Below are positions 9,163 to 17,409 of a stretch of 64,000 bases of DNA, piece by piece. The stretch comes from Actinomycetaceae bacterium. GTDB lineage: Bacteria; Actinomycetota; Actinomycetes; Actinomycetales; Actinomycetaceae. A model generated the notes under the pieces. It worked only from the letters and a program-made list of their open reading frames with translations, was not told the origin of the DNA and ran no database searches. The translations under genes and the position numbers were made by a program. The DNA is taken from NCBI GenBank assembly GCA_028724265.1, contig JAQYDG010000007.1:73982-137981 (forward strand), given 5' to 3'. How positions within the stretch are numbered: position 1 is the first letter of the stretch; every line of letters begins with the position of its first letter.

Positions 9163-9924
9163 ATGGTGCGAGTAGTCGCATGCTATAAGTGGGTTCTCGA
9201 TGACGCGGACATTCGCGTTTCCGCCGACGGAAGTGTGGATACCAGCCGCGCGAAGGGAAAGATCAGTGACTATGAAAAGGGATCCATTCAGGCCGCCGTG
9301 CAGTTGGCTGGTGACTGTGATGGAACGCCAGTCGGTCTGACCTTCGGCTCCGATGACGCGCAGGCATCACTCAAGGATGCCCTCTCCCGCGGACTTGAAG
9401 AGGCCTATTGGGCTCACGGCGATACGGCCGGGGCTGACGGTGCTGTGACAGCTGCCGTCCTTGCAGGCGCCGTACGCAAGATTGACGACGCGAGCCTGGT
9501 GGTATGCGCAGAAGGCTCAGCAGATGATTTTGCGCGGCAAACCGGTCCGCGGCTGGCCGCCAATCTGGGATATCCGTGCGTGAGCTCAGTTGTTGAGGCG
9601 TCCATCAGCGGCTCCACACTCACTGCGAAACGGCGCGTGGACAACACCCTCGAAATAGTCGAGGTTGAGCTTCCCGCTGTGGTCTGCGTGCGTCCGGAGT
9701 TCGCCGAGGCACCTATTCCTGGCATTAAAGCCGTGATGGCTGCGCGTAAGAAGCCGACGACTGAATTCGATGCTGCGGATCTTGATGGTGGTTCCCCGCG
9801 CGTGGAAGTGACAGCGACGAAGGGTGCTGTTGTTGAGAGGAAAGGTATTCAGATTCAGGAAGATACTCCTGAAGCGACGGCGCATGCTTTGGTCGTTGCA
9901 TTGCAGAAGGAGGGCGTACTCTGA
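9163..9924 (+). CDS. etfB: Electron transfer flavoprotein beta subunit (FixA/EtfB-like)
   Basis: The N-terminus VVACYKWVLDDADI resembles FixA/EtfB. The size is about 253 aa, and AAGGAGG precedes the start. The stop overlaps the etfA start (TGATG). Confidence 0.85.
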   Translation: MVRVVACYKWVLDDADIRVSADGSVDTSRAKGKISDYEKGSIQAAVQLAGDCDGTPVGLTFGSDDAQASLKDALSRGLEEAYWAHGDTAGADGAVTAAVLAGAVRKIDDASLVVCAEGSADDFARQTGPRLAANLGYPCVSSVVEASISGSTLTAKRRVDNTLEIVEVELPAVVCVRPEFAEAPIPGIKAVMAARKKPTTEFDAADLDGGSPRVEVTATKGAVVERKGIQIQEDTPEATAHALVVALQKEGVL

Positions 9925-10838
9925 TGGCACATATTCTCGTCTATAGCGATGTGAATTCGCGGGTTGCGGAGCTGGTCACGTTCGCACAGTCGGCTGGCGC
10001 AGATGTTGACGTGCTTGCTCTTTCGCCGGCGCAGGCTGAAGAACTGGCGGAGTGTGGAGCAACTACCCTCCTGACTGCTGATAGTGGTGATGCCACACCT
10101 GAATCCTGTGCAAGCTCCGTGGCTGACGTGGTGACAAGCCGCAACGTGGATCTGGTGGTGATTGGTTCAACAGCACGTGGTTTGGATCTGGCCGCTCAGC
10201 TTGCCGGCTACCTTGGATGGGGCTACGGCGCAGATGTGACGAACCCGAGCTATGCGGACGGCGTCGTCACCTTTGAGCGCAGCACCTATGGTGGCACAGT
10301 CATGTCCGAACAAAAGATTGAAGGGCACGGAGTTATTACGATCGGACGTGGAAGTTTCGCTGCAGCCAGCGGTGCTGTGAGTGCCACGGAATCTGTGGAC
10401 GTGCATGGCGACGAGCGGATTCGCGTTGTGGGACGTGAAGAAATCCCCACTCAGGGTGTTGATATCACATCCGCAGAACGTGTTGTGAGCGTTGGGATGG
10501 GTACTCCTGCTGAGGAGGACATCCAGATTGCACGCGACATGGCTGACGCGATGAACGGCGCGATCGCCTGCTCGCGTGGAGTAGCAGAAGAACGCAACTG
10601 GCTGCCAATGGATAGTTACGTTGGTATTTCCGGCAAGGTGATTCAGCCAAAGCTCTACCTGGCGATGGGTATTTCTGGGCAGGTTCAGCATATGTATGGT
10701 GTGCGCGACGCAAAGACGATTGTTGCGGTGAACACCGACAAGAATGCTCCAATCTGTACGCGCGGCTCCGACTATTTCATTGTAGGCGATATGAAAGAGT
10801 ACGGCCCGCTGATTACCGCTGAAATTTCCAAGCTGTAG
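9924..10838 (+). CDS. etfA: Electron transfer flavoprotein alpha subunit (FixB/EtfA-like)
   Basis: The C-terminal FAD-binding signature PKLYLAMGISGQVQHMYGV...IVAVNTDKNAPI...DYFIVGD is present. Confidence 0.88.
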   Translation: MAHILVYSDVNSRVAELVTFAQSAGADVDVLALSPAQAEELAECGATTLLTADSGDATPESCASSVADVVTSRNVDLVVIGSTARGLDLAAQLAGYLGWGYGADVTNPSYADGVVTFERSTYGGTVMSEQKIEGHGVITIGRGSFAAASGAVSATESVDVHGDERIRVVGREEIPTQGVDITSAERVVSVGMGTPAEEDIQIARDMADAMNGAIACSRGVAEERNWLPMDSYVGISGKVIQPKLYLAMGISGQVQHMYGVRDAKTIVAVNTDKNAPICTRGSDYFIVGDMKEYGPLITAEISKL

Positions 10839-10940
10839 CTGGATAGTGATCTATATCGATATCAAACGAGCTGTCACGCGATCACAGCCACACCAGATGG
10901 CTGGGCATCGCACGATAGCTGAATATAAGGAGTGAAAACT

Positions 10941-12116
10941 ATGGCATATTTTTATGAAACAGAAGACCGCACGCTGATGCGCAATATCGCGCGTGACTTT
11001 GTGGAGCAGGAGCTGATGCCGATTGCTCTGCAGGTGGATACTGACCCCAACAGTGTGGATATGAAGGCGCTCTACCATCGCGCGGGCGAACTGGGCATTC
11101 TCGGCTTAGCTGTTCCTGAAGAATACGGCGGGACGGGTGCCGACTACACCACCGTCGCGATGGTGAACGAGGAAATCGGGAAGGCACTCCCCGTGATGGG
11201 ACTCAACATCTCAGTTCACTCGATTCTCTCTGGTGAGCTGATTATGTTGCTCGGTTCTGATGAGTTGAAGAAGCGCTATCTACCCGATTTGGCCAGTGGC
11301 AAGACGCTGTTTGCATGCTGTTCGACCGAGCCTGTGGGCGCGCTCAACCATACCGAATGGCAGGTGACCGCCACAGAGGAAGACGATGCCTACGTCCTCA
11401 ACGGTTCGAAGATGCTCATTTCGCAGGCGGGCTTAGCAGATAAGTTTGTGGTGCTGGCTGTGACGACGCGTCCAGTTGATCCGGCAACTCGTTTCGGCAT
11501 CTCGGCATTCATCGTCGATGCACATGCTGAGGGCGTGACGGTTGGTCAGCAGGAGCACAAGTTTGCGATGCACGGATCGGCGTCAACAACGGTGACATTC
11601 AACAATGTCCGCGTTCCAAAGGAAGACCTGATTGGCGAGCGCGATAAGGGCGCTGCTGGCATGATGATTTCTGCAACGAATGAGTTCATGACGTGCGGAC
11701 CGATGTGCTTGGGTATGGCAGAGCATTGCTACGATGTGACGTTGGAATATGCCCGTCAGCGTATTCAGCGTGGCAAGAACCTCTTGGATAACTATCAGGT
11801 GATCTCCCACAAGTTCGCTGAGATGTGGGTCAAGATCGAGATGCTGCGTTCTGTGTGCTATAACGTGTTTGACCAGAAGGACAAGGGCAAGTATCAGCTG
11901 GCTCAGGGCCGGATGCTCAAGGTTGTTGGATCCAAGATCGCTATGGAGGTCGCGGCCGAATGCATGCAGGTGTACGGCGGGCTGGGCTGCATTAGCGAAA
12001 CGGGAATCGATCGTTACTGGCGTGACGCGAAGATGCTGCACATTGCTGGCGAGGCAAGTGAAGCGTTGATGGACAATATCGCTGATTTTATTAAGACCGA
12101 TAAGACGGATATCTAG
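10941..12116 (+). CDS. Acyl-CoA dehydrogenase family protein
   Basis: The protein shows ACAD architecture, with the CCSTEPVGA block, a middle beta domain, and the C-terminal YGGLGC...RYWRDAKM block. AAGGAG lies 8 nt upstream of the ATG at 10941. Confidence 0.88.
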   Translation: MAYFYETEDRTLMRNIARDFVEQELMPIALQVDTDPNSVDMKALYHRAGELGILGLAVPEEYGGTGADYTTVAMVNEEIGKALPVMGLNISVHSILSGELIMLLGSDELKKRYLPDLASGKTLFACCSTEPVGALNHTEWQVTATEEDDAYVLNGSKMLISQAGLADKFVVLAVTTRPVDPATRFGISAFIVDAHAEGVTVGQQEHKFAMHGSASTTVTFNNVRVPKEDLIGERDKGAAGMMISATNEFMTCGPMCLGMAEHCYDVTLEYARQRIQRGKNLLDNYQVISHKFAEMWVKIEMLRSVCYNVFDQKDKGKYQLAQGRMLKVVGSKIAMEVAAECMQVYGGLGCISETGIDRYWRDAKMLHIAGEASEALMDNIADFIKTDKTDI

Positions 12117-12424
12117 AAGACGACTATCTTCGGATATATCTACGGATAGGTAGAGCTAGTTATCAACGTCGAAGCTGGATATTAACGGATACCTACGGAT
12201 ATCCGCAGTCAGCATTCATCAGCAACAATCCCTCGGGGTTAGTCATGGCGGGTCGTCATCGGGCGACCCGCTTCGGCTATATAGCGATCATTGTCCACGG
12301 TGCCTATGGATCCATGGTGCGAATAGCGCCTATAGCATCCTTAGCGCATCCCTAGCATCCTTGGCGGCGTGGCATCAGCGGCGGTGTCATGAGTGATGTT
12401 GCGGATAAGCGGTGTTGTGGATAG

Positions 12425-13798
12425 ATGTACGCTACACGTAGGGATCTGGAGAGTAATAGTGACGAGTGGGAGGCCATCGTGGCACTTGAAGAACGAGATT
12501 TTGACGTCATCGTCGTGGGTGGCGGCTGTGCGGGAACGGTCGCTGCATACGTTGCCGCAAAAAAAGGCAAGAGCGTCCTGTTGATTGAACGCGGCGAGCA
12601 TCCGGGAGCGAAGAACATGACGGGCGGGCGGCTTTATGCTCATTCGCTGCGCCGCCTGCTTGATACCTATGCAGACGGAGAAGTTGCATGGGACGAGATT
12701 CCATTTGAACGAAAAATAACGCATGAGCGCATTGCTCTGATGGATCCGAGTTCGAATTTCACAATCGATTTCACCAGTAAAGAACTCGGCATTGAGGGGC
12801 ACGATTCCTATAGCGTGCTGCGTTCGCGGTTCGACCAGTGGCTTGCAGATCTAGCAGAAGCCGCTGGGGCTGAGATCATTTCTGGAATTCCTGTTGAAAC
12901 GCTGCTGCGGCGTGAGGACGGCGTGGTGTACGGCGTGCGCGCAGGTGATGACGAGATCACTGCGCAGGTGGTGATTGATGCGGAGGGCACCAACTCACTG
13001 CTCGCAGAGCGCTGCCTTGGCATTCCGCGGCTCGCACCGAATCAGGTTGCTGTTGGTATTAAACATGTATGGGAGTTGCCTGCGGAGCAAATTGAGGATC
13101 GCTTCCTTCTTCCGGAAGGTGAAGGCGCTGCAATGCTTTACGTGGGTGATTGTACCCATGGCGTGGTGGGCGGCGGCTTCGTCTACACGAATAAGGACAC
13201 CATCAGTCTCGGTCTTGTTGCAACGATCAGTGATCTGCAGAAGTCGGAAACCACGATTTACCAGGCTCTTGACGATTTCGAGAAGCACCCAGCAGTGGCT
13301 CCCCTGATTCGCGGAGCTCAGCTCGTAGAACACTCCGGCCATCTGGTTCCCGAGGCAGGATTTGATTCAGTTCCGCCCTACATTTTTGACGGTGCAGTTC
13401 TTGCCGGAGACACGATGCGGCTCGTCATGAATCTCGGTTATCAAGTGCGCGGCATGGATTTCGCTATTGCGAGCGGTCAGTTTGCAGCTGAAGCTGCCTG
13501 TGATGCGATTGATCGGGGCGATGTGAGCGCTGCGGGACTTGAAGACTATCGAACCAAGCTGGAGGAATCCTTTGCGTTGGCAGATCTGAAGACCTTTAGA
13601 AAGTGGCCGCACGTGATGGAGACCTGGAAGCGTCTCTTTACTGAATACCCAACGATGGTGGCGAGTATTTTCAACGCGTTGTTTGTTGTTGACGGGAAGC
13701 CGCAGGCGAAGCTCGTCAAAAGACTGTGGCCAATTGTTCGGGGCATGAAGCCCTTGAAACTTGTTCATGAGGTAGTCAGAGCGCTCGTGGCGCTGTAG
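12425..13798 (+). CDS. fixC: FAD-dependent oxidoreductase FixC (ETF-quinone oxidoreductase-like)
   Basis: The DVIVVGGGCAG dinucleotide fold is present, the length is about 450 aa, and a FixX-type ferredoxin gene follows directly. The exact start is uncertain. Confidence 0.85.
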   Translation: MYATRRDLESNSDEWEAIVALEERDFDVIVVGGGCAGTVAAYVAAKKGKSVLLIERGEHPGAKNMTGGRLYAHSLRRLLDTYADGEVAWDEIPFERKITHERIALMDPSSNFTIDFTSKELGIEGHDSYSVLRSRFDQWLADLAEAAGAEIISGIPVETLLRREDGVVYGVRAGDDEITAQVVIDAEGTNSLLAERCLGIPRLAPNQVAVGIKHVWELPAEQIEDRFLLPEGEGAAMLYVGDCTHGVVGGGFVYTNKDTISLGLVATISDLQKSETTIYQALDDFEKHPAVAPLIRGAQLVEHSGHLVPEAGFDSVPPYIFDGAVLAGDTMRLVMNLGYQVRGMDFAIASGQFAAEAACDAIDRGDVSAAGLEDYRTKLEESFALADLKTFRKWPHVMETWKRLFTEYPTMVASIFNALFVVDGKPQAKLVKRLWPIVRGMKPLKLVHEVVRALVAL

Positions 13799-13821
13799 TG
13801 AACACGAAAATGGAGGATGCG

Positions 13822-14130
13822 ATGTCAATACCACCAATTACAGTGCGGGTTGAAGAGTACATCGGCGTCAATAAATATGAGGTTGACGAAGATAATGCTC
13901 ATATCGTCCTGAGGGGCGACGATTATCGGGAGCTTGATGACGAGGAGTTTGGCAAGCTGGTTCGAGTGTGCCCCGCTGGACTCTATAAACAAGAGGCAGA
14001 CGGATCGCGTCGGTTCGATTATGCGGGTTGCGTGGAATGCGGGACGTGCCGAATCGTTGCCGAGGATACGATCCTTGAAAAGTGGAATTATCCGGGGCCG
14101 ATGTCCGGCGTGCAGTATCGCTATGGGTGA
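13822..14130 (+). CDS. fixX: Ferredoxin-like protein FixX
   Basis: The Cys pattern CPAGLYK...GCVECGTCRI is present in a product of about 100 aa. GGAGGA lies 5 nt upstream of the ATG at 13822. Confidence 0.85.
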   Translation: MSIPPITVRVEEYIGVNKYEVDEDNAHIVLRGDDYRELDDEEFGKLVRVCPAGLYKQEADGSRRFDYAGCVECGTCRIVAEDTILEKWNYPGPMSGVQYRYG

Positions 14131-14145
14131 CGAGAGCTAACGTTC

Positions 14146-14223
14146 GGTGACGGTGCTGACGACGGTGACGGTGACGGTGACTGCGCTGGCGACGATGCTG
14201 GCGACGATGCTGGCGAGGATGGC
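14146..14223. repeat. GC-rich hexamer/dodecamer microsatellite
   Basis: Thirteen consecutive hexamers of GGYGAC/GATGCT type are present. They include GGTGAC x3 (14164-14181) and GCTGGCGACGAT x2.5 (14185-14220). Confidence 0.9.
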
Positions 14224-14643
14224 CGAGTCGAGATTCCCTGGTTTCTTTGGGTTCTAGGCTCGGCCTCCGTGTTTTCGCCACGGCGGTGAATGCGACCCGC
14301 GCGTAGGCGAACAACAGGGGCGGTGACAACAGGGGTAAGCGTGAGCCGCGCCCGTGCGGCAACGGTGGCGAGATCGGCCGGCGCCTGGGTGAGTGGCGCA
14401 TAGATGAGTGGTGCATAGGCGACAACGCCGGCGGCGACAATGCGAGCGGCGACGAGGAATTGACTCGGAAACGAAGTAGCGGGTGGCGCGCAACCGCAGA
14501 GTAGGCCGTTCCGCCAGAGTGGTAAACGTTGCGGAACGTTGAGCGCGCGTTCGTGTTGGTGTACTGGCTATCATGAGGCATTGAGCCCTTCTGGTGAAAC
14601 AATCGAGAAGGGTAAGGAGAATACGGAGAACAAGGAGTACACG

Positions 14644-15444
14644 ATGGTCGATCCACTGCCGGTCTCGGCAATTCATCCACAGGCTCCAGAATTTCTTTCT
14701 GCAAACGCTCTGTTTTCTGCTGCTATTGACCTTGAGCAGGCGTTAGCTCATATGCAGAGACTCTGGAGCTTTAACGTCAACGGTCATTGGGAACATGTTG
14801 AATCGAATGCAGAGCTCGGTACCCCGTCGGGTGATCTCTTCACGTTTAAACATGCAGACGTCGTGGCGATGCTGACCCCTGTTCCCGGCGTAGTGGTGCC
14901 GAAGAAAGGCCAACTGCCTGCTCATGAATTTTCTGTGGCGATGACGTTTTATGTTCCGATGAATAACGATGATTTACATGCCCCTATGGAGGTTCGCAGG
15001 CGGCATCGTCAGGTAGCTGCGCACACCTTGATGGTTCAGGTGGAAGACGTCCTGATGCGGGAGGAATCTGCTGTTGGCGTTTATCGGGAGGAGCTCGGCG
15101 TTGTTCATCCCCCACTGATGGTGACGACGCTCGCGGACGAGTTGACGAAGGGTGAAGCACCGCTGCCGTTGTGGGTGGGCATTCGTACATTCCAGCCGGA
15201 TCTGACTGCCGGTCGAACCTTGGGTTTGAACCTGTTTGGCCATTTGGATTTGGAGGTGCGTGATTCTACCCATCCTGCCGAAGAGGTATACGAGTTGCTT
15301 GCCAATGTCGCAGACTACATCGTCCGTTCTGACGCGTTCCTGATGCCAGGTCAAACTTTGGAGTATTCTCATTTCGGCCAGTTGACTTTAGCTCAGAGTG
15401 TCGGGTTGGGTGACGACGCGCCACTTATCCGTATCGGGTTTTAG
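14644..15444 (+). CDS. Hypothetical protein
   Basis: The 266-aa ORF has AAGGAG 6 nt upstream of the ATG at 14644. I recognise no motif with confidence. The longest ORF begins at 14539. Confidence 0.6.
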   Translation: MVDPLPVSAIHPQAPEFLSANALFSAAIDLEQALAHMQRLWSFNVNGHWEHVESNAELGTPSGDLFTFKHADVVAMLTPVPGVVVPKKGQLPAHEFSVAMTFYVPMNNDDLHAPMEVRRRHRQVAAHTLMVQVEDVLMREESAVGVYREELGVVHPPLMVTTLADELTKGEAPLPLWVGIRTFQPDLTAGRTLGLNLFGHLDLEVRDSTHPAEEVYELLANVADYIVRSDAFLMPGQTLEYSHFGQLTLAQSVGLGDDAPLIRIGF

Positions 15445-15674
15445 GGATTGCTTTCTGTACGGTTTCGGTGTGGGATCGTCGGGCGGCTCACGCGGGGAGT
15501 CTGGTGTGGCGCTACGCCACTTGCGCTGCGTGACGTGATGCGGGATTCACGTCGCCGTAGGGCTGGTTTCACGTGGCTGCGGCGCGGGTGATGTTGTCTT
15601 TGAGATGTGGCGGAAACTGCTCGACTGGCTTCCCCGACACCAAGAGACCAATCGAGTCCGCGGGCAGGTGCGAT

Positions 15675-15690
15675 TGTTTCACGTGAAACA
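15675..15690. promoter_or_regulatory. parS centromere-like ParB-binding site (perfect 16-mer)
   Basis: TGTTTCACGTGAAACA matches the parS consensus TGTTNCACGTGAAACA exactly. It sits inside a 20-bp perfect palindrome, ATTGTTTCACGTGAAACAAT (15673-15692). Confidence 0.85.
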
Positions 15691-15885
15691 ATCAGAGGGT
15701 GGACTCCCCGAGAGCTGCCACGAGCTTTTCTCGTTGCAGTGGCGATTAACGATATATTTTCGTCAGAGGTTGAACGGTTTCACGACTGAGCGAATCGAAG
15801 TCCAAGGTTTTTAGAGGCGGCGAGGTGTTCAGGTGGAATAGAAAACATGTTCAAAGGTGGAATAGAACAGAATGGCGGAGTGTGA

Positions 15886-17286
15886 ATGAGCGAAACCGGA
15901 CGTGGAAACGTTGGATTTAGTGTGACGTCGCAGTTAGATATGCCGAGTCGGGGTGGCGTTCCCCTGGGGCGCACAGGTGTACTCCACACTCCGCACGGCG
16001 ATATTCATACTCCTGCCTTCATCCCCGTTGGAACGAAGGCGACGGTGAAGGCGGTTCTGCCAGAATCAGTTCACGAGCTTGGCGCTCAGGCTGTTCTGGC
16101 GAATGCCTACCACCTGTATTTGGAGCCCGGGTCGGATGTCGTCGATGCGGCGGGTGGCCTGGCTGAGTTTATGAATTGGCATAGCCCTACTTTTACAGAT
16201 TCGGGCGGGTTCCAGGTTCTATCGCTCGGTACCGGATTCAAGAAAGTGATCAGTGCCGAGTACGCGGGAAAGTCTGGCAGTGGGATTGCTGACCCTGATC
16301 GTCGTGCTGGTGCGCATGGCCAGACAGAAGTAACGCGCGGCAACTTCACCGGTGATGACGAGGCGAGCACAGCGGAAACCGTGCAGGCTGATCGGGAGTC
16401 CTTGGCGCGTGTCGATGATGACGGCGTGACGTTTCGCAGCGTTTTGGATGGGAGTATCCACCGTTTCACTCCTGAGGTGTCGATGCAGATCCAGCATCAG
16501 CTCGGTGCAGATGTGATGATGGCTTTCGATGAGCTGACCACTCTCCTTAACTCGCGTCGATATCAAGAACAGAGTTTGGAACGAACACGGCGTTGGGCAC
16601 AGCGCTGCTTGGCCGAACATCGGAGGCTGACGACTGAGCGTATCGGCAAACCGTATCAGCAGCTTTTCGGAGTGATCCAAGGTGCTCAGTATGAGGATTT
16701 GAGGCGAAAAGCTGCGCGGGATCTTGGATCCATGCAGGTCGATGGCCAGATGTTCGATGGGTTCGGCGTGGGTGGAGCGCTGGAGAAAGAAAGACTCGGC
16801 GAGATCGTTTCCTGGGTGGATGAGGAACTTCCTGAGATGAAGCCGAGACACCTGCTCGGTATTTCTGAGCCTGACGATATCTTCGCTGCCGTTGAAGCGG
16901 GTATTGACACTTTCGATTCGGTGAATCCGTCTCGGGTGGCGCGCAATGCTGCGATCTATTCGCCCGACGGACGGTTCAACGTGACGCGTGCACAGTTCAA
17001 GCGCGATTTTTCACCACTCGTTCCGGGTTGCGGATGCTACACGTGCACTCACTATTCGCGAGCATATCTACACCATGCGTTCAAGGGAAAAGAAATGATT
17101 GCATCGACGCTCGCTACAATTCACAACGAGTATTTCACCGTCCATCTCGTGGATCGTGTGCGAGACGTGATGCAGCAGGGAGCAGCGGAGTATCGCGCCT
17201 TTCGTGACGATTTCCTTGCCCGCTTTTATGCTGGTCGCTGGGGCAAGGTGGATGTTGCGGTTGTTCGGCACCACTCGGGAAAATAA
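15886..17286 (+). CDS. tgt: tRNA-guanine transglycosylase (queuine tRNA-ribosyltransferase)
   Basis: The product carries HTPAFIPVGT, TDSGGFQV, and the zinc site CGCYTCTHYSRAYLHH. Confidence 0.92.
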   Translation: MSETGRGNVGFSVTSQLDMPSRGGVPLGRTGVLHTPHGDIHTPAFIPVGTKATVKAVLPESVHELGAQAVLANAYHLYLEPGSDVVDAAGGLAEFMNWHSPTFTDSGGFQVLSLGTGFKKVISAEYAGKSGSGIADPDRRAGAHGQTEVTRGNFTGDDEASTAETVQADRESLARVDDDGVTFRSVLDGSIHRFTPEVSMQIQHQLGADVMMAFDELTTLLNSRRYQEQSLERTRRWAQRCLAEHRRLTTERIGKPYQQLFGVIQGAQYEDLRRKAARDLGSMQVDGQMFDGFGVGGALEKERLGEIVSWVDEELPEMKPRHLLGISEPDDIFAAVEAGIDTFDSVNPSRVARNAAIYSPDGRFNVTRAQFKRDFSPLVPGCGCYTCTHYSRAYLHHAFKGKEMIASTLATIHNEYFTVHLVDRVRDVMQQGAAEYRAFRDDFLARFYAGRWGKVDVAVVRHHSGK

Positions 17287-17373
17287 GGTCACATGGGAAA
17301 GCAGCACTACTCCGGAAAGTGGCGCCACTCGCAAGATAGGTGAAGCGCGTGAGCGATCGAAGAAAGTCTGCGT

Positions 17374-17405
17374 GCGAAAGCGCGCGTGTGACAGTGCGCT
17401 TTCGC
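17374..17405. terminator. Hairpin between the convergent tgt and 17410-19986 genes
   Basis: GCGAAAGCGC (17374-17383) pairs with GCGCTTTCGC (17396-17405). No clean U-tract follows on either strand. Confidence 0.5.
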
Positions 17406-17409
17406 GGTG

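Noticed and set aside
7363-14130. The redox cluster as a mobile genomic island
   Set aside because: I see no integrase, transposase, tRNA attachment site or flanking direct repeats. GC and codon usage do not look different by eye. Only the long flanking spacers are unusual.
14147-14257. A 36-codon hydrophobic ORF (MTVLTTVTVTVTALATMLATML...) just after fixX
   Set aside because: It has a GTG start without an RBS, and its sequence is simply the translation of the hexamer microsatellite. I kept it only as a note inside the repeat finding.
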